From the sequence record OQ790161.1: a stretch of DNA of 64,000 nt; one strand, given 5' to 3'. Positions 8,990 through 18,132 of this stretch are shown one piece after another; position 1 is the first letter of the stretch, and each line of letters begins with the position of its first letter. The notes below the pieces were generated by a model. The model made no database searches, was not told where the DNA came from, and saw nothing but the letters and a program-made list of their open reading frames with translations. The position numbers were made by a program, and so were the translations under genes.

Positions 8990-10144
8990 ATGAAGAACAC
9001 CGTATTTGCCGCCCTGCGGTCTTACCAGTTCAGCAGTGAAGTGGAAAGCCAGCGTTATTTCGAAGCGCTGCGTCTGGCGGTAGAGGTAGAGCGTAACCTG
9101 GACGAACCCCAGATTCGAATGAACCGCGGTGCCAGCACCGTGATGGGCGCACTGGACTTCGCGTATATCGTGGCCCACTACCTGGTTCAGCCGGAACTGG
9201 AACTGCTGCCCTATCGCCAACGCGATAGCCTGGTTGGTCTGGCAGACTACGACACTCACCGCGAAGCGTTGGGTTTCAAGCTGGCTACTCTGCTGGCGCC
9301 GGCGGGTTCCAAGTGGACGCACTACAGCCGCCCTGACACCTTCGAAGTCGTGGCCGTGGCCCGCTACTTCGATCGCTGCGAGCACTTCGTGGTGTTCCGC
9401 AACGTCGACCGGCCGGAACAGATCTGGATGCGTACGGTGGATGACTTCTTCGATCGCGTGCGCATCCACAACGGCGTAACTGACACGTGGCGTTTCACTC
9501 GCATCAGCGACGAGGTGGATCCCAACACCACTGAAGAACAGTACGCCGCGCAGCTGACCGATCTGTACGCGCAATCGGAGACCATCGTCATCCGTGAGCT
9601 GGGGTCGATGTCGAAAAAGCTGTTCACTGGCTATCTGAAGTCGATCGGCTCCAAGGCCAAGTTCCGCTATGCCAATTTCTACCCCCGCGATACCGGCAGT
9701 GTGGAACTGGTGTATGAAAACGACGCCGGCGCAACGACCACCCTGTGGGTCACACCGGACAAGGACGACCCCAATCCCGGCACCACGATCCTGTTCATGC
9801 TCAGTCAGTCCGTATTGCCGGTCCGTGCGGTGCAGAACGTGCTGGACCGGGCCGACTTCGAAGTCAAGGGCGCGGTCAGCGTGTCCAATATCTCCGACAG
9901 TGACATGCACGGGGTGATGGGCAATGTGTCGGACAAGTTCGCCAAGCAGCTCAAGCCGGCCTTGGGCACGGTCCTGTCTCAGCTCAAGTACGAGGCCGAT
10001 ACCGGCTCGTTCAATCTGATCATCCAGGTTCCGGCCGACGCGGCCACCCGGCTGATCTTCAGCCACTTCGATGCCGTCGAAGAAAACAACTTCCTGACCA
10101 TCTGCCGCCGCTGGGATCAGGTACGTAAGTCCACCAAGGAGTAA
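8990..10144 (+). CDS. Hypothetical protein with internal DUF1653-like domain
   Basis: WTHY..PDTFEVVAVARYFDRCEHFVVFR...IWMRTVDDFF...RF matches the DUF1653 pattern YRHYKG..YEV...ARH.E..E..VVY...WVRP..MF. Confidence 0.75.
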   Translation: MKNTVFAALRSYQFSSEVESQRYFEALRLAVEVERNLDEPQIRMNRGASTVMGALDFAYIVAHYLVQPELELLPYRQRDSLVGLADYDTHREALGFKLATLLAPAGSKWTHYSRPDTFEVVAVARYFDRCEHFVVFRNVDRPEQIWMRTVDDFFDRVRIHNGVTDTWRFTRISDEVDPNTTEEQYAAQLTDLYAQSETIVIRELGSMSKKLFTGYLKSIGSKAKFRYANFYPRDTGSVELVYENDAGATTTLWVTPDKDDPNPGTTILFMLSQSVLPVRAVQNVLDRADFEVKGAVSVSNISDSDMHGVMGNVSDKFAKQLKPALGTVLSQLKYEADTGSFNLIIQVPADAATRLIFSHFDAVEENNFLTICRRWDQVRKSTKE

Positions 10145-10148
10145 GTCC

Positions 10149-10517
10149 ATGAAGTGGTATCAGCGCGTGCTGGTGCCGATCGTGTACTGGGCCAACTGGG
10201 TACGGGCGCGGATCTTTCCGCGCCCTATCGAGATGGACATCCCCACCGAACTGTTGCCTTTGTTGCAGGTCGGCACGATCGCAATGCGTTACTGCGAATA
10301 CATCGAACGCAGTCCGGAGAATCTGACGATCTCCAAGAAGTTGGACCTTGTCATCCGTCAGGAAGCTGACCAAGACACCATGATTTTCGTACGCAAAATC
10401 CTCACCACCGAAACCGTAATTGACACCACCTTTGATTGGCTGGTGCATCTGGGCGATGCGAAGGAGTACGACCGCGAAGGATTTAAGGTCTATTTGACCC
10501 TCCCTCGTAAAACCTGA
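10149..10517 (+). CDS. Hypothetical protein
   Basis: 122-aa ORF, AAGGAG RBS. Confidence 0.7.
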   Translation: MKWYQRVLVPIVYWANWVRARIFPRPIEMDIPTELLPLLQVGTIAMRYCEYIERSPENLTISKKLDLVIRQEADQDTMIFVRKILTTETVIDTTFDWLVHLGDAKEYDREGFKVYLTLPRKT

Positions 10518-10583
10518 AATCAACTCGCCTAAAGGTATGAGCTCGAACTCACTACCTGCCCAATTCAATCCAAGGAACCCACC

Positions 10584-10931
10584 GTGGAAATCACCAAACT
10601 CACCTCGATCGATGCCCTCAATGCCTTCACCGCCGACAACACCAATGCCCTGGTGATCGTCAGTCGCAACGCCTGCGCCGGCTGCAACGCCCTGGATGGT
10701 GCCCTCAAGACCAACGTCGAGCTGCAAGCTGCGCTGGCTGGCACTGCGGTGGCCCTGGTCAAGCTGGAAGACGTGCCGGACATCGCCCGCACCTTCGGCC
10801 TGCGCATGGCCCCCAGCATGTTGCTGTTCAAGGAAGACGACGAAGTGGCGCGCCTGCTGGGCTTTGAAGGTCCGGCCAAGTTGCTCGCTGCCCTGCGTGC
10901 GAACTTCTGCGAACTGGCCGAAGCGGCCTGA
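10584..10931 (+). CDS. Thioredoxin-like protein (probable RNR reductant)
   Basis: CAGC CxxC motif after a beta strand, APSMLLFK cis-Pro region, G.EV.RL.G tail; AAGGA RBS + GTG. Confidence 0.85.
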   Translation: MEITKLTSIDALNAFTADNTNALVIVSRNACAGCNALDGALKTNVELQAALAGTAVALVKLEDVPDIARTFGLRMAPSMLLFKEDDEVARLLGFEGPAKLLAALRANFCELAEAA

Positions 10932-10947
10932 TCGAGCTGAGTTGCCT

Positions 10948-10973
10948 GCCCTGCTTCCTTCGGGAGGCAGGGC
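10948..10973 (+). terminator. UUCG hairpin followed by CTATG
   Basis: GCCCTGCTTCC-TTCG-GGAGGCAGGGC after thioredoxin. Confidence 0.7.
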
Positions 10974-11041
10974 CTATGGCCGCCTACTTATTTTTCGAGT
11001 TAGGCGTGCGTAGTTATGTAGCTAACCAAGAGTGACCGATT

Positions 11042-11356
11042 ATGCTTTTGAATGACAAGCCGATCACCATCAACCACCGGATGGGGAAGATCGCGTTGCA
11101 CACGGTGGCTACGAAGACGGCGACCCTGCGCGTGCGCAAGTGCGCTGACGGCTCGCTGGAGACGCTAGGACGCACGTACGGTGGAAGCTGGGACGCAAGT
11201 AGCGTCACGGCACACCCCAGCTTCCTGGCGGCGGTGCGGGAGTTTCTGACCAAGCGAGAGGATGGCGGATACTACTACATCGAAGCGCAGAATCTGGCAA
11301 TCGTCAATCGACGGTTTACCAACGTCAAACAACCCACAGTCAAGAAGGTAACCTGA
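11042..11356 (+). CDS. Hypothetical protein
   Basis: 104-aa ORF, TGATG overlap with next gene. Confidence 0.6.
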   Translation: MLLNDKPITINHRMGKIALHTVATKTATLRVRKCADGSLETLGRTYGGSWDASSVTAHPSFLAAVREFLTKREDGGYYYIEAQNLAIVNRRFTNVKQPTVKKVT

Positions 11357-12162
11357 TGTCCCAGGTCCAAGAAAGTAGCGAAGGCGTCAAGATCCCGGCC
11401 GACTATATCGGTCAGGAAGAACTGAACCAGTTGGAGTTCCTCTTCAACCACCTGCCGCGTTATGTCCCCAGCAGTCAGTTGGGTGCACGAAACGATACCA
11501 TCGAACAGTGCCTGGCGCGCGCACGTTTTGATGTGGTCCACTACGGCGACCGTCTGGTCTTCGGCGGCTTTGTGATGGAGCCGGGTACCGAGCGCAGTTA
11601 CAAGACCGGCATCAGTGTGGTCCAAGGTCAGAACGAGGAAGTCTTGATCGTACCGGCCTCGATCACCTCCACCCAGGCCAGCAGTCAGCAGGAAAGTGAT
11701 CTGGAGAGCTGCAAGCTGTTGGCCGATCGCCTGCACCAGCTGCGCAAGGATTGGGATTTCCTCCAGATCCAGAGCGCCTTGCTCCATCAGATCGACATGG
11801 TCCTGGTGCGTGAACTGTGGGCGGTACGCGCAATGTTCGCCTCGCCCGATGCGGTCAAGCGCGGTCGTCCGTATTTCTACAGCTCTACCTCCAACGAGGG
11901 GTGGCTGCACCTTCACCTGACCCACAACAGCAAGGAACTTTCGACGGAGTTCCCCGAATTCCGTCTGAGCTTCAAGCCGAACCTGGAATCGATGGGGATG
12001 CAGTTGGTGACCACCTTCCGCACCCCCGATTTCCAACACGACGAGTACCGTCCGATCAGCGAAGGTACGCCGGCTTACTACAAGCAGGTGTTCGAGCTGT
12101 TCCACAACGTCTACTCGGCGGTGGGCAAGGCCATCAACCCGGCCCTGGGCTGGTACAAGTAA
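11356..12162 (+). CDS. Hypothetical protein
   Basis: 268-aa ORF followed by UUCG hairpin. Confidence 0.78.
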   Translation: MSQVQESSEGVKIPADYIGQEELNQLEFLFNHLPRYVPSSQLGARNDTIEQCLARARFDVVHYGDRLVFGGFVMEPGTERSYKTGISVVQGQNEEVLIVPASITSTQASSQQESDLESCKLLADRLHQLRKDWDFLQIQSALLHQIDMVLVRELWAVRAMFASPDAVKRGRPYFYSSTSNEGWLHLHLTHNSKELSTEFPEFRLSFKPNLESMGMQLVTTFRTPDFQHDEYRPISEGTPAYYKQVFELFHNVYSAVGKAINPALGWYK

Positions 12163-12165
12163 AAC

Positions 12166-12189
12166 TACGGGACCCTTCGGGGTCCCGTA
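12166..12189 (+). terminator. UUCG hairpin followed by TATG
   Basis: TACGGGACCC-TTCG-GGGTCCCGTA. Confidence 0.7.
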
Positions 12190-12304
12190 TATGCCGTCGA
12201 GTTTTCTTTTATGTTCGAAGACGCGATTGTATGGAGAGAGAATTCCATCGCACTCCTCAATCGCACTGAGGAGTTCCTGTACCAGACACAGGGGTTATCC
12301 ACCC

Positions 12305-13093
12305 ATGGCAAAGAACAGCAAGAAGCCCTCCCGGCGCCAACGCGAGCAGCAAGATCTGACTGCTGCTCCCACTTTCGAACCTCGCCAAAAGTCCGCCAAG
12401 ATTCGTGCGGCTGAAGCCTGGAGTCGAAAGGAAACGAAGCCGTTGACCTGTCTCAATGATGCCCAGCGCGATTACCTGCGCAGCATCGCCGAGAACCAGG
12501 TCACCCTCGGCATCGGCCCGGCGGGCACTGGCAAAACCTACGTGTCGACCAAGTACGGCGCCCAGCTGCTGGATGAGAAGAAGATCAAGCGTATCGTTGT
12601 GGTACGTCCGATCATCGAAGCCGGCGGCGGTATGGGGTTCCTGCCTGGTGATGTGGCCGAGAAGACTGCACCGTACATGGTGCCCTTCTTGGAGGTGCTC
12701 GAGGAGCACTACGGCAAGAGCCACCTGGAAGCGAAGATGAACGGCTTTGAGCCGACCATCACCTTCATTGCACCGGAGTTCATCCGTGGTCGCACGTTCA
12801 AGGACGCCCTCGTCATCCTCGACGAAGCGCAGAACATGACCTGCGATCAGATGAAGACCTTCCTGACCCGTCTGGGTGAGGACACGCGCTGCGTGATCCA
12901 GGGCGACCTGGAGCAGGTGGACATCAAGGGCAAGAGCGGCCTGCAAGATGCACTGGAAATCCTGGAAGGGATGGAAGAAGTGGGCGTGGCACTGTTCACT
13001 GAAGACGACATCGTCCGTTCGGGCTTCTGCAAGAACGTGCTGATCCGTTACCGCCAGCGCAAGACCTTCCTCGAGCAGGGCAAGGTCAAGTAA
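12305..13093 (+). CDS. phoH: PhoH family ATPase
   Basis: GPAGTGKT Walker A, RPIIE, GFLPGD, IRGRTF, ILDEAQN, TRLGE, GDLEQVD, DIVRSG. Confidence 0.95.
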   Translation: MAKNSKKPSRRQREQQDLTAAPTFEPRQKSAKIRAAEAWSRKETKPLTCLNDAQRDYLRSIAENQVTLGIGPAGTGKTYVSTKYGAQLLDEKKIKRIVVVRPIIEAGGGMGFLPGDVAEKTAPYMVPFLEVLEEHYGKSHLEAKMNGFEPTITFIAPEFIRGRTFKDALVILDEAQNMTCDQMKTFLTRLGEDTRCVIQGDLEQVDIKGKSGLQDALEILEGMEEVGVALFTEDDIVRSGFCKNVLIRYRQRKTFLEQGKVK

Positions 13094-13162
13094 AACAAGT
13101 CCATGGTAGCCCCTCCCACCCAGATCGGTGGGAGGGGACAAGTATTTTCTCTAGGGGATCAC

Positions 13163-13426
13163 ATGAGTCAGTCCATCCACAGTTCCTCCAAGATCGTCAC
13201 GATCGCTGTTTGCCACTGTTGCTGGTGGTACCAAGATCGCCACAAGATCTTCAAGAACAAGCACACCATCAAAAAGCCTGATAGCCACTGCGGGGCCTGT
13301 GGTCGTAAGGTAGGTAAGCATCTGGTGCGCTACCACTACCGCCACCTGAAGGCGCTGTTTGGCCTGATCCCCTACAAGAAGGTGGTCGGCTTCCAGAGCG
13401 AAGAGCACGACCGCTGCGGTCTGTAA
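13163..13426 (+). CDS. Small Cys/His-rich protein (putative Zn-ribbon)
   Basis: CHCC...HCGAC motifs; GGGGA RBS. Confidence 0.65.
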   Translation: MSQSIHSSSKIVTIAVCHCCWWYQDRHKIFKNKHTIKKPDSHCGACGRKVGKHLVRYHYRHLKALFGLIPYKKVVGFQSEEHDRCGL

Positions 13427-13528
13427 AAGCTTACACAACGCCTTATCATGTGTAGCACCCATCCAGCTCAGGACAGCCGACGGGCAGTCCTGACAGGTGT
13501 GCCGTCGAACAAAAATAGACTCCACAAA

Positions 13529-13550
13529 CCCTCTCCCCTAAGGGAGAGGG
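13529..13550 (+). terminator. Hairpin followed by GTCTTATG
   Basis: CCCTCTCCC-CTAA-GGGAGAGGG. Confidence 0.65.
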
Positions 13551-13789
13551 GTCTTATGTTGGCGACCATTTTTCAAGTGCCTATAGATATGTGCAACAAG
13601 ATTTTCTCTCGCAACCGCGCACTGGCTGAAGCCTCCGATGACCCGGTCTTCAGTCTAAGACGTTGTGCCCTCTAGGCCACACTGTAAAAAATCTTTCGGG
13701 TTCACTACGGTATGCAAGCAACACGTACTGCCCCGACTTTCTCTCACATCGAAGCTGCCCTTACTTCGATTGTACCAACAGGATCTTCC

Positions 13790-16351
13790 ATGCTTAAGAC
13801 AGTAATCAAGCGCGATGGTTCGCGCGAAGACTTCACTCCCTCCAAAATCAACGGATGGGGCGAGTGGGCCGCCAAGAACCTGGGCGCCTATGTGGATTGG
13901 GCTGACGTCGTGATGAGCGCCGTTGGACCGCTGCCCGATGAAGTCCACAGCCGCGACCTGCAAAACGCAGTGATCAAGGAATGTCTGGAGCGTGACACCT
14001 ACGCCCACAACCGCATGGCCGGCCGCCTGTACACCTCGGTCCTGCACAAGGACCTGTATAGCAACTACAAGAATGCAAACGGCAAGAACAGCCTGCCCAC
14101 CGTCGCTGAAGTCCATGCCATGCTGGCCGACGTCGGCTACATGCGTGAACTGAACTACAGCGCTGAAGAATACGCCGCTATCGAGAAGTTCATCGATCAC
14201 AAGCGCGACTTCGGCTACGCCCACTACCAGCTGCACCAGATCCGCTTCAAGTACGCCCTGCGTGACCGCACCGGCCGTCAGGGCGAGTTCGAGAGCCCGC
14301 AGTTCGTGTTCATGCGCATGGCCATGGCACTGGCTGAAACCCAGCCGGCCAAGCGTCGCCTCGAAGATGTGCGCAACTTCTACGACCTGTTCTCGCGCAA
14401 CGTCATCAATGCCCCCACGCCCAACTACGTGAACCTGGGCACCAAGCTCAACGGCTACGCCAGCTGCTGCCTGTACACCACCCACGACACCGCAGCGTCG
14501 CTGGCCGTTGGTGACCACATCGGCTACACGATGACCGTCCAGTCCGCTGGCATCGGCTCCAACGTGCAGACCCGCTCGATCGGTGACCCGGTCCGTGGTG
14601 GCCTGATCAAGCATCAAGGCAAGACCCCGTACTACCGTGCGATGCAGACCGCTGTGTCGGCCAACATCCAGAACGGTCGTGCCGGCGCCTGCACCACCTA
14701 CTATCCGGCCTTCGATCCGGAAGTGAACACCCTGGTGCGTCTGAAGAATCCGCGCACGCCCGAATCCAAGAAGATCCGGGGCATGGACTACAACCAGATG
14801 TCCAATCTGTTCTTTGCCACCAAGGTGGCGCTGGACGAGCCGGTGTTCCTGTTCAACACCTTCACCGCACCGGACCTGTACGCTGCCTTCTACAGCGGCG
14901 ATCAGGAACGCTTCGCAGCGCTCTACGAGAAGTACGAGTCCGACGAGAACTTCGTCAAGAACTACGTGCAGGCTCGTGACATCCTGCTGACCGAAGAAAA
15001 AGAAGCCTACGAAACTGGCCGCGCCTACGTCAGCTTCATGGACGAGATCAATCGCCATACCCCGTATATCGATCCGATCTATCTGTCCAACCTGTGCGCC
15101 GAGATCGTCGAGCCGACCTACGGCTACGACAACATGCGTCAGCTGTACACCGACGGCCCGGTGGCCACCACCGTGTTCCGCGACACCGCCGGCGCCTTGC
15201 ATCGGATGAACACCGTCGATCCGGTGTACACCCGCATCTACAAGTACACCATCTCCGCTCCGGAAGTCGAAGTGGGTATGGAAATCGCGCTGGCCGAAGG
15301 CGGTCCGTACTTCCAGGTCGCCGAAGTGGTCCAGTGTCATCGTGAGCCGGAAGTGGCCATGTGCTCGCTGGCGGCAATCATCATCACCAACGTCAAGAAC
15401 GACGAAGAGTACGCCAAGGCGTGCTACTACGCGCTGCTGATGATCGACAAGTGCATCCACATGTCCGACTACCCGTTGGAACACGTGGGCTACGCTGCCA
15501 AGATGCGTCTGGCCGCTGGCGTCGGTATCACCGACATGGCCCATCACATGGCCCGCAAGAAGCTCAAGTACTCCAGCCAAGCCGGCAAGGAAGAAATGCA
15601 TCGCGTGGCCGAACGTCACAGCTACTTCGTGACCCGCGCTTCGCTGGAGCTGGCACGTGAGCTGGGCAACTGCCCGTGGGGTCACCGTACCAAGTGGGCC
15701 CGTGGTTGGCTGCCGATCGACACCTACAACCGCAACGTCGATCAGATCGTGCAGGTGCCCTACCAGTACGACTGGGAACAGCTGCGTGCTGAGATCATCG
15801 AGCAGGGCGGTATCCGCAATTCGGCTCTGGTGGCGCACATGCCGGGTGAGTCGTCCTCGAAGGCATCGGGTGTGGCCAATGGTCTGTACCCGGCTCGCGA
15901 ATTGACGATGATCAAGACCGACAACAACCTGACCACGTACTGGTGCGCCCCGCACTCGGACAAGTTGGGTCGTCACTACGAGCTGGCCTGGGACATCCCC
16001 ACCGCCGACCTGATCGACTGCTACGCCATCCACCAGAAGTTCACCGACCAAGCTATCTCGGCCGATCTGTATCGCAAGATCACCGGCTCGGAGAAGGTCA
16101 CCTCCTCGGAAATCATCGCCAACTACACCCGTATGGCAGTGGTGGGCATGAAGACCCGTTACTACACCAACACCCATACGGCCGGTGCGGACATCGAACG
16201 CGATACCGAAGGCCGTGCAGTGGGTCTGGTGCAAATGGTCAGTGGTGATGCCGCTCTGGCTGAGCCGGAGCTGAGTGCCGAAGACGTGGCGGAGCTGGAA
16301 GCTGCTTTCGCCAGTGACGGCGACTGCGGTACTGGCGGCTGCAAGATGTAA
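13790..16351 (+). CDS. nrdA: Ribonucleoside-diphosphate reductase class Ia alpha subunit with ATP cone
   Basis: N-terminal VIKRDG ATP cone, PTP, SCC, SNLCAEI (thiyl Cys, residue 436), EVAMCSL, PGESSS, KTRYY, C-terminal CGTGGC redox pair. Confidence 0.96.
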   Translation: MLKTVIKRDGSREDFTPSKINGWGEWAAKNLGAYVDWADVVMSAVGPLPDEVHSRDLQNAVIKECLERDTYAHNRMAGRLYTSVLHKDLYSNYKNANGKNSLPTVAEVHAMLADVGYMRELNYSAEEYAAIEKFIDHKRDFGYAHYQLHQIRFKYALRDRTGRQGEFESPQFVFMRMAMALAETQPAKRRLEDVRNFYDLFSRNVINAPTPNYVNLGTKLNGYASCCLYTTHDTAASLAVGDHIGYTMTVQSAGIGSNVQTRSIGDPVRGGLIKHQGKTPYYRAMQTAVSANIQNGRAGACTTYYPAFDPEVNTLVRLKNPRTPESKKIRGMDYNQMSNLFFATKVALDEPVFLFNTFTAPDLYAAFYSGDQERFAALYEKYESDENFVKNYVQARDILLTEEKEAYETGRAYVSFMDEINRHTPYIDPIYLSNLCAEIVEPTYGYDNMRQLYTDGPVATTVFRDTAGALHRMNTVDPVYTRIYKYTISAPEVEVGMEIALAEGGPYFQVAEVVQCHREPEVAMCSLAAIIITNVKNDEEYAKACYYALLMIDKCIHMSDYPLEHVGYAAKMRLAAGVGITDMAHHMARKKLKYSSQAGKEEMHRVAERHSYFVTRASLELARELGNCPWGHRTKWARGWLPIDTYNRNVDQIVQVPYQYDWEQLRAEIIEQGGIRNSALVAHMPGESSSKASGVANGLYPARELTMIKTDNNLTTYWCAPHSDKLGRHYELAWDIPTADLIDCYAIHQKFTDQAISADLYRKITGSEKVTSSEIIANYTRMAVVGMKTRYYTNTHTAGADIERDTEGRAVGLVQMVSGDAALAEPELSAEDVAELEAAFASDGDCGTGGCKM

Positions 16352-16411
16352 ACCACACGAGGGGCGGCCACCACCGCCCCTCGGTTACCCATTTTAGAGT
16401 ACTAGTTCACC

Positions 16412-17650
16412 ATGCCCAAGCCCATCGCTCCGTTCGCACTGGCAGACTCTGGTCTGCTGCTGCCAACCAACATCTTCAACACCCAGAAAACCGACTACGC
16501 TCACGAGAACAAGCCCAGCCTGTTCCTCGGTCAAGAGCCGGGCCTGTTTGACACCGTCAACAAGGTCCACCCGGAGATCTGGGAAATCTACAAGAACATG
16601 CGTTCGCTGGATTGGGACGAGAACGAATTCGGCTTCGAAGTGTGCAACTCCGAATTCAAGACCCAGCCCAAGTCGATCGCCGACTGCATGATCCGCACGC
16701 TGGCCTGGCAGTGGGAAGCTGACTCGGTCGCTGCCCGCACGATCCTGCCGATCATGGCACCGTTCATCTCGGCACCGGAACTGCAGGCTGCCTGGGGCCG
16801 TATCACCGACAACGAAGTACTGCACGCCTCCACCTACTCGGAAATCGTGCGCCTGTCCTTCGATGACCCCTCGGTCGTGCTCGATGAAGTGCTGCGCGTG
16901 AAGGAAGCCATGCAGCGTCTGTCTGTGGTCGCCAAGATCATGGAGAACGCTTACGTGGTCTCCCACCAGTACGCCCTGGGCCTGCTGGACAAGAACAAGA
17001 AGGAAGACTTCATCAAGATCTACGATGCAGCCTTCATGTTCACCGTGGCCATGCTGATCCTCGAGCGCATCCAGTTCATGGCGTCCTTCGCTGTGACCTT
17101 CGCCATCGGCGAGCTGGGGCTGTTCATGCCCATCGCCAAGGCCGTGCAGAAGATCTGTCAGGACGAGTACGAGATCCATCAGAACCTCGACAAGGCCGTG
17201 CTGCGCAATGAAATGCGTCTGGACGTGGGCAAGCAAGCCTACGCCCGTAACAAGCACATCATCTTTGCGGCCGTCTCCGAAGCACGCCTTTGCGAGCTGA
17301 CGTGGAACCGCTACGTGCTGGCCGATGAGCCGCTGCCGGGCCTGACGGTGAAGAACCTCGATGCGTGGGTGGATCACAACACCGCCGACGTGTACGCCTT
17401 CTTCGGCGAGAAGCCGAAGGACTTCACTGCACCGTCCAAGATCCCGCTGTCGTACATGCCGCGTTGGATGAACATCTCCAAGACCCAGGCCAGTCCGCAG
17501 GAACAGCAGAACGGCCAGTACAAGGTCAACGTGGTGCGCGACGATGCGCAGGGCAAGATCTTCTCGATGACCCTGGCCGGCAATGGTACCTTCCAGCGCC
17601 GCGACGAAGTCACCGGTCAGCTGTCCGACCCGATCCAGATCTCCCACTAA
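16412..17650 (+). CDS. nrdB: Ribonucleoside-diphosphate reductase class Ia beta subunit
   Basis: W.E.E, DSVAAR, EVLHASTYS (E..H...Y radical site), LERIQF, DEYEIH di-iron ligands; adjacent to nrdA. Confidence 0.94.
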   Translation: MPKPIAPFALADSGLLLPTNIFNTQKTDYAHENKPSLFLGQEPGLFDTVNKVHPEIWEIYKNMRSLDWDENEFGFEVCNSEFKTQPKSIADCMIRTLAWQWEADSVAARTILPIMAPFISAPELQAAWGRITDNEVLHASTYSEIVRLSFDDPSVVLDEVLRVKEAMQRLSVVAKIMENAYVVSHQYALGLLDKNKKEDFIKIYDAAFMFTVAMLILERIQFMASFAVTFAIGELGLFMPIAKAVQKICQDEYEIHQNLDKAVLRNEMRLDVGKQAYARNKHIIFAAVSEARLCELTWNRYVLADEPLPGLTVKNLDAWVDHNTADVYAFFGEKPKDFTAPSKIPLSYMPRWMNISKTQASPQEQQNGQYKVNVVRDDAQGKIFSMTLAGNGTFQRRDEVTGQLSDPIQISH

Positions 17651-17668
17651 GCAGTCAAGGACTCTCAC

Positions 17669-18037
17669 ATGCAACGCTTGATTGTTCAGTCGCTGGTGTT
17701 GATCTACCACCACGAGGATCCGGAACCGGAACGTTCTGGCTGGTCGCAGCACGAAACGGCGTATCAGGCGATCAAGGCATGTCTGAATCCAAGCCAAGAG
17801 GACCACTGGCACTACAACGGACAACCCAACTACATCCATGCGTACTCGCGCAATGGTAACGGCATCAACGCCGAGTTGCAGCCGAAGTTTGTGTGGAAGA
17901 GTTGGGAGGCGTTTGAGGAGTTGCTCAAGACGCACATCCTTGCTTTCAAGATCCAGCGTAACCTCGACCTCAGCCAAGAACGGGCTGCTGAAGATCTACT
18001 GATTGCAGCGCTGGACAACCAGCGCTTGTGTAGCTAA
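17669..18037 (+). CDS. Hypothetical protein
   Basis: 122-aa ORF with AAGGA RBS. Confidence 0.7.
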   Translation: MQRLIVQSLVLIYHHEDPEPERSGWSQHETAYQAIKACLNPSQEDHWHYNGQPNYIHAYSRNGNGINAELQPKFVWKSWEAFEELLKTHILAFKIQRNLDLSQERAAEDLLIAALDNQRLCS

Positions 18038-18046
18038 CGGCATACG

Positions 18047-18066
18047 GCCCCGGCTTCGGCCGGGGC
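18047..18066 (+). terminator. UUCG hairpin flanked by GCATA/CTATG
   Basis: GCCCCGGC-TTCG-GCCGGGGC at end of nrdAB operon. Confidence 0.7.
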
Positions 18067-18132
18067 TCTATGTTCTCTACGTTGCGATTTACGGCGCAGC
18101 GTTTATCTGTGAACCCACACCTGATCGCAACC

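Noticed and set aside
13580-13600. NrdR box upstream of nrdA (CCTATAGATATGTG)
   Set aside because: Only a partial match to the NrdR palindrome, single copy, and phage genes here are probably transcribed by phage RNAPs.
15095-15364. Intact intein in NrdA
   Set aside because: No N-terminal Cys/Ser block A, no C-terminal His-Asn plus nucleophile, no LAGLIDADG motif, and too short. Reported only as an insertion.
10584-17650. Thioredoxin-PhoH-NrdAB and DHFR/RecJ as a novel system
   Set aside because: These are common auxiliary nucleotide-metabolism genes of large phages; annotated but not novel.
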